Shown here piece by piece: positions 41,167 through 50,696 of a stretch of 64,000 nucleotides of DNA. Below the pieces are notes generated by a model. The model searched no databases, was not told the origin of the DNA, and worked only from the letters and a program-made list of their open reading frames with translations. The stretch's first letter is position 1. Every line of letters starts with the position of its first letter. Both the position numbers and the translations under genes were made by a program. This DNA comes from Candidatus Limnocylindrales bacterium (lineage in GTDB: Bacteria > Moduliflexota > Moduliflexia > Moduliflexales > JAUQPW01): the NCBI GenBank assembly GCA_035559535.1, contig DATMBG010000021.1, forward strand, positions 62,001-126,000, in the 5' to 3' direction.

Positions 41167-42405
41167 ATGAAAGCTCTGATCTTAGCTGCCGGGCGAGGAA
41201 GTAACCTTCATCCGCTAACCGATACCCGCCCAAAACCTATGATTTACATGTGCGGGAAGCCGGTTCTGCAATATATCATTGAAAGTCTTCGGGAAATAGG
41301 GGTCCATGATATTATTCTGGTTGTGGGACATAAAAAAGAAAAAATCATCAATTATTTTCGGCGTGGAGAAGATTTTAAGGTCTCGATCAGCTATATTGAA
41401 CAAGAAAATCAAACCGGAATTGGGGATGCTGTCATGTTAGCTGAAGATAGATTCGCCATAGGTGAGCATTTCTTTCTGGTTTACGCCGATATCATCTTCC
41501 AACCCAATATTTTCCTGGCAGCCCAAATGTCCTTTAATGCTTTAAAAGCACCCATCGCGACCATTACGTTGGCCCCCTCATCGGAACTTTATGGAAATGT
41601 CTACTTAGACCGGGACGTTCAAATCACCCGAATTGTAGAAAAGCCTTATCGAGAGGCCGGACTATCCTATACAGGTGGAGGTAATTATGTACTGGCAGGG
41701 GTTTTTATTCTTTCTGCCGAGTTTTTCTCTTTACTCAAAACGGTAGATGGCGACATCAAGCGAGGTTTTGACCTCCTGATCGATCAAAACAATTTATTTG
41801 CTTCTATTTTTGAAGGAGAATGGATCGATTTAGGGTACCCCTGGAATATCATAGATGCCAATAAACTGCTTATGAAGTCCTTTACCCATGCCCATATTGC
41901 CAACAGCGTGAATTTTGATGGAAGTGTCACGATTCGCGGTCCGGTTTACATCGAAGACGGCGTGCTGATTAAATCCGGAGCCGTTATCAACGGGCCCTGT
42001 TATATCGGAAAGGGATCCTTTATCGGAAATAATGTTTTAGTACGGGAGTATACTTCCATCGGAAGCCGTTGTACCATAGGGTTTGGGGTAGAGTTGAAAA
42101 ATTGCGTTCTCTTTGAGAACTGTAAAGTAGGGCGTCTTTCCTTCATAGGAGATAGTGTACTGGGAGAAGGCGTAGAAATTGCCTCAGGTGTCATGACGGT
42201 GAATAATTTGATGACCGACGAAACCGTTAAGGTTAAAACCTATGCCGGAACCCAACAGAATGTCCCCCCTACCGACAGCCATCTTAGAAAACTCGGGTCC
42301 TTCATCGGCGATTATGCTAAAGTCGGAGCCAGCAATACCCTTCTTCCCGGTACGGTGATTCCCTCGGGTACTTATATCCCCCACCAGGGAACCCAATGGG
42401 AGTAG
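41167..42405 (+). CDS. Bifunctional sugar-1-phosphate nucleotidylyltransferase/acetyltransferase (archaeal GlmU-like)
   Basis: MKALILAAGRG..PLTDTRPKPM, RIVEKP, WIDLGYPWNIIDAN, hexapeptide repeats, LSFIGDSVLG, RKLGSFIGD. Confidence 0.85.
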   Translation: MKALILAAGRGSNLHPLTDTRPKPMIYMCGKPVLQYIIESLREIGVHDIILVVGHKKEKIINYFRRGEDFKVSISYIEQENQTGIGDAVMLAEDRFAIGEHFFLVYADIIFQPNIFLAAQMSFNALKAPIATITLAPSSELYGNVYLDRDVQITRIVEKPYREAGLSYTGGGNYVLAGVFILSAEFFSLLKTVDGDIKRGFDLLIDQNNLFASIFEGEWIDLGYPWNIIDANKLLMKSFTHAHIANSVNFDGSVTIRGPVYIEDGVLIKSGAVINGPCYIGKGSFIGNNVLVREYTSIGSRCTIGFGVELKNCVLFENCKVGRLSFIGDSVLGEGVEIASGVMTVNNLMTDETVKVKTYAGTQQNVPPTDSHLRKLGSFIGDYAKVGASNTLLPGTVIPSGTYIPHQGTQWE

Positions 42406-42473
42406 AGAAATGCAAGGGCGTAGAGATCGGAAGATAGGGGAATAAAGAAATTCCCCTTATGCAGAGAGGTCTT

Positions 42474-43484
42474 CTAGTCTCTGGATCGCAAATTTACCTT
42501 CTCCTTTACCTTTGGATTAACCAAATATTTAGGATAATATCCTTCCAAGACCTGCCGGATATTGAGGGCGGCTTTTCTTCGTAGTTCTGGGACAGAATCT
42601 TCGGAATACCAGGCAGCGTGGGGAGTTAAAATTACATTATCCAGAGTTAATAAAACATTATCAGGTTCGGGAGGTTCTTTTTCAAGGACATCCAGTGCAG
42701 CCCCGGCTATCCATTTTTCTTTTAGTGCCTTAATCAAAGCTTTTTCATTGATAATGGGACCCCGGGCTGTATTAATCAAAAAAGCAGTGGGTTTCATCCA
42801 TTTAAGCTGAGATTCTCCGATGAGATTTCGGGTTTCCGTATTGAGGGGCAGATGTAAGGAGACATAATCGGATTGTCTGAGAACCTCCTCCAGGGAAACC
42901 AGCTCTACCCCATAAGCCTGCCCGATCTCCCTGGGAATATAGGGGTCATTGGCAATAATCTTTAATCCAAGAGGTCGGATTTTATTGGCCAGACTTCGAC
43001 CAATATTTCCAAATCCTATAAGACCAAAAGTCTGCCCTTCCAGGCGAAAAATGGGACGAGGTAGCTGAGGGACCCCTGAGCACCAATTTCCCCTTTTGAC
43101 TTCCCGGTTGAGTATCACAATTTTTCTGGCACAGGCCAGAAATAATCCCAATGCATGGATGGCGACTTCTTCAATACAATAATCTGTTACGTTGGTTACA
43201 CAAATTCCTTTTTCAGTGGCGGCTTCTATATCTATGGTATCAAACCCAATTCCGTATCGGGCAATTACCCTACACCTTTCCAGAGATTCAATCACGCGCC
43301 GCGGCATAGGTACAGCCTGATTAAAGATACCATCTGCCATCCTGCATGCCTCGATGACTTCTTCTTCTGAGTGACACTGCCTGGGAATCAGTTCAGCACC
43401 AATTTCCGAGAGAATAGCTTTTTCAATGTCAAGATTGCCGAAATTATAATCTGTGGTAACCACCCTAAAAATTTTGTCTGTCAT
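42474..43484 (-). CDS. D-isomer 2-hydroxyacid dehydrogenase (CtBP-like)
   Basis: RYGIGFDTID, DYCIEEVA, GFGNIG, INTARG, LDVLEKEP, TPHAAWYS. Confidence 0.92.
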   Translation of the reverse strand: MTDKIFRVVTTDYNFGNLDIEKAILSEIGAELIPRQCHSEEEVIEACRMADGIFNQAVPMPRRVIESLERCRVIARYGIGFDTIDIEAATEKGICVTNVTDYCIEEVAIHALGLFLACARKIVILNREVKRGNWCSGVPQLPRPIFRLEGQTFGLIGFGNIGRSLANKIRPLGLKIIANDPYIPREIGQAYGVELVSLEEVLRQSDYVSLHLPLNTETRNLIGESQLKWMKPTAFLINTARGPIINEKALIKALKEKWIAGAALDVLEKEPPEPDNVLLTLDNVILTPHAAWYSEDSVPELRRKAALNIRQVLEGYYPKYLVNPKVKEKVNLRSRD

Positions 43485-43519
43485 GGATCAGGGATTTGCA
43501 GTTTGTTATCCGGCAAGGG

Positions 43520-46500
43520 CTAATTGCCGTCGGTTATCCTGGACAATGGATCCGAAATGACCGATGAATGGGAAGAAAGAAGAATATACCAGGTTCCATC
43601 TTGAGGACGCCAAACCGCCAGATCGGCTTTTTTGTCCCCATCATAATCGGCCGGAACCGGGATATCTCCTTGCCTGCCCAGAGGCTGGATAAAAATTCCC
43701 TTGGAAGAGAGCAAAATGTACCAGGTTCCCTCACCGGGGCGCCAAACTGCTATGTCTGTTTGATTATCTCCATCATAGTCGGCAGGGACCGGTATATCCC
43801 CTGGAAAGCCCCAGGGTAGAATCATAGATCCGGCTGAAGAAAAAGGAATATACCAGGCCCCTTCGCTGGGTCGCCATACGGCTATCTCTGATTTTCCATC
43901 GCCATCAAAGTCTCCAGAGATAGGAATATCCCCGGGAGTACTCCATTTATACACAATGAATTTATTGAGTGAAATCATGTTTATATCGGACTGGTCGGCA
44001 GAGGAATGCCAAAGGGCTACATCCATAATTCCATCCCCATTATAATCTCCCAATAGGGGGAGGATAAAGTCATTAGATCGGTTATTCCTGCCTTTCTGTT
44101 TTATACTAATACCTCCAGAGGAGTTGAGGATAAGCCATTTTTGAGTTTGCGGGCGCCACACGGCTATATCACTTCGACCATCCCCGTCGTAATCGGCAGG
44201 TACAGGCTTATCCTCCCGAGATCCCCACACCTGGGTTAAAACTTCCGACATACCAGACCTCCCACCGGCTGAACTTAAAAGTACATACCAGGTTGCATTG
44301 GTAGGACGCCATACTGCCGGGTCGGCTTTATTATCTCCATCATAATCCTCAGGAACCGGAATATCCTCTGACGTCCCCCAACTCACCACAAGGGGAGAAG
44401 GCGCAGGGGTTGGTGTTAAAGGTACGGTGGTAGATTCTTCAACCGGTAAGGGCGAAGCCAACGGCTGAGGGGTTTCCGATACGGTATCGGCTCCACCCCT
44501 ATCCGGAGTCGGTTGCAATAAAGGACCGTTACAGGTTACATTACCAGGGGTACCGCATCCGGCACTTCTACTCCTATCCGGAGTTTGTGGGGATAAAGAC
44601 GAAGAAGGTACAGGGGTGGGAACAGGAGCTATGGTTTTTGCCACTGTCGGTAAAGAGACCAGGGGAGCAAATATCGGAATAGGTGTTGAGGAAACCGGAG
44701 TTGCCAGGGGTAATGCAGGTTGTGGAGTCCACTCAGCCGGTGTGGCCGCCGAAACCATGGGAGTAGATACCGGAGGTACAGGCGTGGATAAGAGAGGTAC
44801 CGAAGCGGGATCCTGAAAGGATCGTGACATCAGGTTCTGAGCCCCAGGAGTTGGAACCAGGGTATTGGGGTCGAATATAGCTGGTTGAAGGGCTAAAGGA
44901 ATTCCTCCATTGCCAACACTTCCCCCATTTTCCTCCATCTTTAACTCAGGATCTTCGTTTTTTCTAGAGAAGATGGCCGAAGTTTTGCCAATCGAATTAA
45001 GTTCTTCTTCGGTATTACGAGGTGAGGAAGAGACCTTACTCCGATCATTCTCTTTTTCTCCTTGATCATTCAGGGATTCCATAGAGGGGAAATGAAGGTC
45101 TTTAACCTTTTCTTTGTCCGGTTCCTTATTCTGTCCATCCTGGATAAAATCCTTATCGGCATATCGGATGACACAGTATCGCAGTACGCCAGAGGTAGCC
45201 CCATATTCCGGGTTCTGGAAGTCTATCCCCTTCCAATCCCCCGGAGAAGGCCGGGTCGCATCTCCATCTCCATTGGTATCTCCTCCCAGGGTATCATCCT
45301 TAATAGAGGTAAAAACAACTCTATTCTGATAGGTTCCATCGGTTAAAAGTATTCCCCGAACGGTCAGGAAACTCTCGGGATAGCCTTTTACAATGGAGCC
45401 GGGGGCTAAAGCTAAAATACCGGTCGGAGCTACCACCAAACCGGTTTTATCGATGGTATAAACCATCTTATTATTCCAGATGGTATTCGACGAAACAGTC
45501 CCCTGAACCCGGGCCACATCCTTAACCGTCAAGCCTTCGTTATTTAATAGAATAACGTTCATATCCTGGCCGTACGTAATATCCAAAGCAACCTCATTTT
45601 GATTGAACCTATTATAAATAATTCGGGGACTTGATTTGGCATCTACTCTAAGCCCGGTGTGTCGGTTATTTTCAAAGGTATTTTGGGTTATATCCGGCGA
45701 AGAAGCCAGGATGGTAATACCGGTTTGGTTTTCGGAAATAATATTTTGTGAAAGGATTGCCTTTGAATCTTCAGATAAATAAATACCATTCTCGGCTCCG
45801 TATCGGATCAAGTTATGGGTTAGAACCGGAGAGGAACCTGAAATTTGTACATTATTCTGCCCATATTGAATCACCGCATGGGTCAACAGGCTATCCACAC
45901 TGGTATTGGAAAAGTAAATCTGGCCCCAGTCCCCCGGAACCGGTGGAGAAGATGGGGGAGTAAGAGTTTCTCCACCCTCTTTAAAAGAAGCATCCCGATA
46001 GGAAGTAAAAATAACCTTTTGATCCGCAGTACCCAGGGCTTTTAAAGTACCCCTCACAATGAGAGAAGCCCTGGGACTGAATTTGATCACGGTACCCGGT
46101 TCCAGGGTCAGGATAGCACCTTCGGCAACCGTTACCGATTCACGAACCAGATAAGGACTCCCCAGGGCCAGCCAGGTTTCATTGGAGGAAAGAGTTCCTC
46201 CGGGAATTATGGTCGGACCGACTCCCACCGTAACATTGGTTGTAGTTTGTAAAGTCTTAGAACCAAACTTAAGATAATCCTCTGCAAAGGTTAAGGTTAA
46301 GGAAACTTTATAATACCCACCTTGTGCGTAAGTATGTTGGACCTGGGCCGCCTGGACCGGGGGAGTTCCATCTCCAAAATCCCAGGTATAAGAAGCTATA
46401 TAAGGAGATTCGGAAATGCTAAATTTTCTGGTCCATGCCGTATCCGGAACGACATAAATCTGAGGATTACGGATATTTACCCAGATCGTGGCACTGTGTT

Positions 46501-48028
46501 TATCTCCTAAACTGGTTTGAACGGTCAAGGTCACCTTGTAAGTGCCCGGGACCAGATAAGCATGCTCTATAACTTCTCCTGTACCTGTAAAACCATCCCC
46601 GAAGTCCCAGGAGTAGGAAAGGATATTTTGAGTCGTATCGGTTGTAGAGGCCGTCCCATTAAAAACAAGGGGAGTCAAAGCAGGAAAACTGCAGTGGGTG
46701 GTGGGCATGGAACAATGGATAGCGGGTATTGGCCTGTTATTTCCTGCCGGCGGTCCCTGGATTCCTGTATCGCTTGCCGCTGTCGGTCTTTCACTCACCG
46801 AAATGACCGCCCGGGTGGTTAAATCTAAAAGATCATTCTCGATAGACTCAAAGAGGGGGATCTCTCCAAATTTGTCTATCTTTCCGTCTTTCATGTCTAA
46901 ATGATCATATCCGATGAACATTCGTCGTCCGCCTATCTGATAACCATAAAAACTTCCACTGAGTACGGGAACCAGACCATCATTTAAAGGAAAGGCATGG
47001 GAAAGACCCATATCCATCAAGACATTAGAAGCGATAAGTCCTAAATGGTAATTGAAAACAGTGGCATAGGGGAAGTTGATAACAGGAGTTAGAATTCCTG
47101 TAATTCGACTGGCCCCTTCATACCAATCAGATAAATACAACCGGTAGGGATCCTCCGGATCGATATAGCCATAGTAGGCAATAATTTTTTCATCGTAACG
47201 CCTGTCCGGATTTTTAGGATCTTTACTGTTCAGTTTAATCAGCCAATCATTTCGCTCCGAACTTGTTTCGTATTCAGAAGGGGGAAGGGCCTGATCAAAA
47301 TTATCGTATCTGACAGCGCCTCGATTGGGGAGATTGGGTACAAGGGCATTATCACAAGAGGAAAGGCCGCCCGAACACCAAAAGGCAATATCACTAAATT
47401 TTAAGGCATCCATCCAACCATACAAAACCGCCGATTGGGTAGCCAAAGCATCCCGGGCCTGTTTATTTGCTGCAGGAGTTCCGTGATGGGGGGTGGCCAG
47501 CGTAATAAGTTTTAATACCCGTTCACCGCCTAATTGACCGGCATAATTGCCAATACCCTTATGGGTATAACTGCTCATATAAGCCCTTGCAATCAACCCT
47601 CCCATACTATGGGCAATAATGACTAAAGGCTTATCTTCGAGCTTTCCACGACGTATCATTTGATCGATCTGCTGACCAAATCCTCTGGCCAGATCGGATA
47701 TCGAACACTTATTGCTTAAATAATGAAAGCGATAAACCTTGAACTTTTCATATAATGCCGGAGTTGATTTAAAGTATGTTAAGAAGTTTCTCCAATAGGT
47801 ATCATCTAAGTGATTCAGATCTTTCGTCCCAAAAATTCCATGGATGAGAATTAAAGGAGTACGCCCCTCTCGATTAATCAAATCCTGGGGATCATCTTCT
47901 ACAAGTTGGACGAGTTGATTAAGGGAAGGACAAAACTGGATCAGAACTGGTTTGGAGACAGAAAAGCCTACCAGGCTTAACATAAAGCAGAAGGAAAGAC
48001 CTACTATCCATTTCCGGGAATAGGTCAT
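43520..48028 (-). CDS. Large secreted modular protein: alpha/beta hydrolase + 2 PKD + beta-helix + Pro/Thr linker + FG-GAP repeats
   Basis: IHGIFG, AHSMGG, TPHHG, NDGLVP, YDH; WDFGDG twice; TLEPGTVIKF..PGDW; repeated DYDGDxKxDxAVWRP. Confidence 0.85.
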   Translation of the reverse strand: MTYSRKWIVGLSFCFMLSLVGFSVSKPVLIQFCPSLNQLVQLVEDDPQDLINREGRTPLILIHGIFGTKDLNHLDDTYWRNFLTYFKSTPALYEKFKVYRFHYLSNKCSISDLARGFGQQIDQMIRRGKLEDKPLVIIAHSMGGLIARAYMSSYTHKGIGNYAGQLGGERVLKLITLATPHHGTPAANKQARDALATQSAVLYGWMDALKFSDIAFWCSGGLSSCDNALVPNLPNRGAVRYDNFDQALPPSEYETSSERNDWLIKLNSKDPKNPDRRYDEKIIAYYGYIDPEDPYRLYLSDWYEGASRITGILTPVINFPYATVFNYHLGLIASNVLMDMGLSHAFPLNDGLVPVLSGSFYGYQIGGRRMFIGYDHLDMKDGKIDKFGEIPLFESIENDLLDLTTRAVISVSERPTAASDTGIQGPPAGNNRPIPAIHCSMPTTHCSFPALTPLVFNGTASTTDTTQNILSYSWDFGDGFTGTGEVIEHAYLVPGTYKVTLTVQTSLGDKHSATIWVNIRNPQIYVVPDTAWTRKFSISESPYIASYTWDFGDGTPPVQAAQVQHTYAQGGYYKVSLTLTFAEDYLKFGSKTLQTTTNVTVGVGPTIIPGGTLSSNETWLALGSPYLVRESVTVAEGAILTLEPGTVIKFSPRASLIVRGTLKALGTADQKVIFTSYRDASFKEGGETLTPPSSPPVPGDWGQIYFSNTSVDSLLTHAVIQYGQNNVQISGSSPVLTHNLIRYGAENGIYLSEDSKAILSQNIISENQTGITILASSPDITQNTFENNRHTGLRVDAKSSPRIIYNRFNQNEVALDITYGQDMNVILLNNEGLTVKDVARVQGTVSSNTIWNNKMVYTIDKTGLVVAPTGILALAPGSIVKGYPESFLTVRGILLTDGTYQNRVVFTSIKDDTLGGDTNGDGDATRPSPGDWKGIDFQNPEYGATSGVLRYCVIRYADKDFIQDGQNKEPDKEKVKDLHFPSMESLNDQGEKENDRSKVSSSPRNTEEELNSIGKTSAIFSRKNEDPELKMEENGGSVGNGGIPLALQPAIFDPNTLVPTPGAQNLMSRSFQDPASVPLLSTPVPPVSTPMVSAATPAEWTPQPALPLATPVSSTPIPIFAPLVSLPTVAKTIAPVPTPVPSSSLSPQTPDRSRSAGCGTPGNVTCNGPLLQPTPDRGGADTVSETPQPLASPLPVEESTTVPLTPTPAPSPLVVSWGTSEDIPVPEDYDGDNKADPAVWRPTNATWYVLLSSAGGRSGMSEVLTQVWGSREDKPVPADYDGDGRSDIAVWRPQTQKWLILNSSGGISIKQKGRNNRSNDFILPLLGDYNGDGIMDVALWHSSADQSDINMISLNKFIVYKWSTPGDIPISGDFDGDGKSEIAVWRPSEGAWYIPFSSAGSMILPWGFPGDIPVPADYDGDNQTDIAVWRPGEGTWYILLSSKGIFIQPLGRQGDIPVPADYDGDKKADLAVWRPQDGTWYILLSSHSSVISDPLSRITDGN

Positions 48029-48145
48029 CCGTCCTTTGCCCGTTGTTTTTAATCGAGGGTCCAGTGTCTTTTATCTGTTATCGCGAAAGCCTCTAAGCAG
48101 AGTTTATAACCCAGACCACCGACTAAAAACACGGAATTTAAGCAG

Positions 48146-48523
48146 TTATTCCTGGAACTTTATCTGAGAAGGACCTAAATAGCCTATTAAATAATCAACT
48201 CGAATAGGAGAAAAGATTTCAAAATATTTAGCTCCTGATTCTCCTACTCCGGTCGCACCATGGTATAACCCTTCCGGAATACAAACCACATCTCCAGGCT
48301 CTATCCACCGTTCTTCATCTTCTATCCTGAGCCTGAGTCGTCCTTCCAACATCAGTACCATCTGTTCCGAAGGATGACTATGTAACTTCCCATCAAATTG
48401 GGTTCCGGGTCGAATTTCGGCTTTAACTATTGTAATTTTTTGACCGCTTACCGTCCTTCGACTCGCACCAGCACGCAACCCCTGGACTTCAGGAAATTCG
48501 CTCCATTTATGAAAGTAGGACAT
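48146..48523 (-). CDS. Cupin domain protein
   Basis: HSHPSEQ, PGDVVCIP..YHG, EIFSPIR. Confidence 0.85.
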   Translation of the reverse strand: MSYFHKWSEFPEVQGLRAGASRRTVSGQKITIVKAEIRPGTQFDGKLHSHPSEQMVLMLEGRLRLRIEDEERWIEPGDVVCIPEGLYHGATGVGESGAKYFEIFSPIRVDYLIGYLGPSQIKFQE

Positions 48524-49137
48524 TCTACCTGGAAGCCAGGAGCCAGAAATCTAAATAACGTTAGTTTCTAGCTTCTGACTTCAAACCCTCTCCTTCTGAA
48601 CCTCTTTAACCATCAAATCTAATGCCAAGTTTGGGAATCAGACGCATTTTCCTGATTTGTCGAGAATCAATCGACTCCTCTCAAAGATAAAATTACAATT
48701 TTCTTCTGATCCTGGTTATCTGTAGAATATCTAATATTTAGACGCTTTTACTGCCAGATAGTTTAACTTTATTCATCTTATGGGATAGTCTATCACTACC
48801 TAACTCCACCCTTTGTGATAAAGTAACAATAGGGAAAAAATTTTTTAACCATTTCCCCCCTTAGCATAGTTTAATTCCGAATATAGCTAAATACCATCTT
48901 GAAACGGGAAAAATTTAATCCTGAGAGGAATAAAGAGTTTAGCAAGTTACCAGTAGGTCAATCGTCTCGATTGATCTTAAAGCCTTCCTAACAAGGAAAT
49001 GGTAATTAAACCTATCCGTTTGGATCTTAACGGAAGGATCTGTATCCATTTCGTAGGAAATTGTTACAGCTACTTAACGGAAAGTTCTTCTTGACCTTTA
49101 CGGGGTTTGGTGTATAAGTAGAGTAGAGTTTAGAGGA

Positions 49138-49146
49138 TGGTATAAT
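49138..49146 (+). promoter_or_regulatory. Extended -10 promoter upstream of rimI
   Basis: TGGTATAAT about 20 nt before ATG; second candidate TTGACC-16-TATAAG at 49091-49118. Confidence 0.5.
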
Positions 49147-49166
49147 AGTCAGGTGTATTTTTATCT

Positions 49167-49694
49167 ATGCCTTTCCAAATTATTATTGAAAAAGCCGGTC
49201 TTAAGCATATCGATGCTATTGCAGAAATAGAGAGAAGTTCCTTTGTGGCTCCCTGGTCTCGGAAGATGTTGCTTTCGGAGCTAGAAGGACATGATTTTTC
49301 CCATGCTCACATCGCAAAAATTCAAGAAGATCCCACCAAAAAGCCAGTTATAGCAGGCTATATCTTTTTTTGGTCGGTAGCCGATGAGATTCATATCATC
49401 AATATTGCTGTACATCCCAGGTTTAGAAAGATGGGAATAGGCCGGAGACTGATTCAGGTGGCTTTAGATTATGGGAGAAAAACTGGTGCTCGCCATGCCT
49501 TTCTAGAAGTGCGGGTTTCCAACCTGAATGCCCAACATCTTTACACGAAAATGGGGTTCAAGGTAACAGGAATGCGTCGGGGATACTATACCGATAATCG
49601 AGAAGATGCCCTGGTTATGAAATATGTGTTTGAAAACGATAAGAACCAGAAGCCAGAATTTGGGAGTCAGAATTTAGAAGACTCTAAATTCTGA
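49167..49694 (+). CDS. rimI: Ribosomal-protein-alanine N-acetyltransferase
   Basis: IERSSF..PWS, EIHIINIAV, RKMGIG, LEVRVSN, RRGYY...EDALVM. Confidence 0.9.
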   Translation: MPFQIIIEKAGLKHIDAIAEIERSSFVAPWSRKMLLSELEGHDFSHAHIAKIQEDPTKKPVIAGYIFFWSVADEIHIINIAVHPRFRKMGIGRRLIQVALDYGRKTGARHAFLEVRVSNLNAQHLYTKMGFKVTGMRRGYYTDNREDALVMKYVFENDKNQKPEFGSQNLEDSKF

Positions 49695-49722
49695 CCCCTG
49701 AATTTGGATTTTCACTTAAATT

Positions 49723-50634
49723 ATGAAACTCGTTCAGTTTTATCTTCCCGGAGAAGGAACTCGAGTAGGGATTCTGGATGGAGAGGTGATCCTGGATATT
49801 ACCGAGAAAAACAGAAGAAGCGTTATAGACTTGATGGAAGCTGCTTATGAAGCAGGGGAAGGATTCGAATCTTTCCTTCAACGTCAATGGGATCAGGCAA
49901 AAAAAACAACTGGGTTCTCCTTTAGGGCCTTAAATATTCCCCCGGATAAATCTAAGCCCCATCTGTTAATTCCTATTTTTCCTCCTGAAGTTTGGGGAGC
50001 CGGGGTCACTTACAAGCGAAGTGCCGAGATGAGGGATGAAGATGTAACCCTCCAACAGAAGGCCCGAAGTAGCCTTTATGATTATGTTTACAACAATCCC
50101 CGACCGGAATTGTTTTTTAAAGCCACCACTCCCCGTTGTGTAGGTCCCAATGATTATATCACCATCCGCAGCGATTCTAAATTAACGGCTGCAGAACCGG
50201 AAATAGCCTTTGTAATCGGTAAAAATCAGGATATTTTAGGATATACCATCTCCAACGATGTCTCTGCCTGGGACATTGAGCGGGAGAATCCCCTTTACCT
50301 TCCTCAGTCTAAGATCTTTATGGGTTGTTGTGCGCTGGGACCTGTATTGGTTACAACCTCCCAGATAGACCCTTATAATCTCAATATGACCTGTAGGATT
50401 CTTCGGGATGGAAAGCCCATCTTTGAGGGTTCAGTCCATACCTCCATGATTAAGCGTACCTTTAAAGAGCTGAGTGAATATCTGCATCGCGATAATTTTG
50501 TTCCGATGGGAACCACTGTCTCCACAGGAACCGGTATCATGATACCTAATGAATATGCCTTGAAGGAAGGAGATTATGTGGAAATCACCGTGGACGGCAT
50601 CGGGACGTTATCGAATCCGGTAAAACAGCTATAA
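49723..50634 (+). CDS. Fumarylacetoacetate hydrolase family protein (KdaD-like 2-keto-3-deoxy sugar acid dehydratase subgroup)
   Basis: EVWGAGVTY, RPELFFKAT, EPE, NDVSAWDIERENPLYLPQSK, STGTGI. Confidence 0.85.
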   Translation: MKLVQFYLPGEGTRVGILDGEVILDITEKNRRSVIDLMEAAYEAGEGFESFLQRQWDQAKKTTGFSFRALNIPPDKSKPHLLIPIFPPEVWGAGVTYKRSAEMRDEDVTLQQKARSSLYDYVYNNPRPELFFKATTPRCVGPNDYITIRSDSKLTAAEPEIAFVIGKNQDILGYTISNDVSAWDIERENPLYLPQSKIFMGCCALGPVLVTTSQIDPYNLNMTCRILRDGKPIFEGSVHTSMIKRTFKELSEYLHRDNFVPMGTTVSTGTGIMIPNEYALKEGDYVEITVDGIGTLSNPVKQL

Positions 50635-50642
50635 AATATCCT

Positions 50643-50696
50643 GCGTAGTGCCTAATTATTTGAGATCGATTACGCATTACGCATTACGCATTACGC
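50643..50696. repeat. (ATTACGC)4 tandem heptamer with degenerate inverted arm
   Basis: Four exact ATTACGC at 50669-50696; GCGTAGT GCCTAAT at 50643-50656. Confidence 0.9.
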
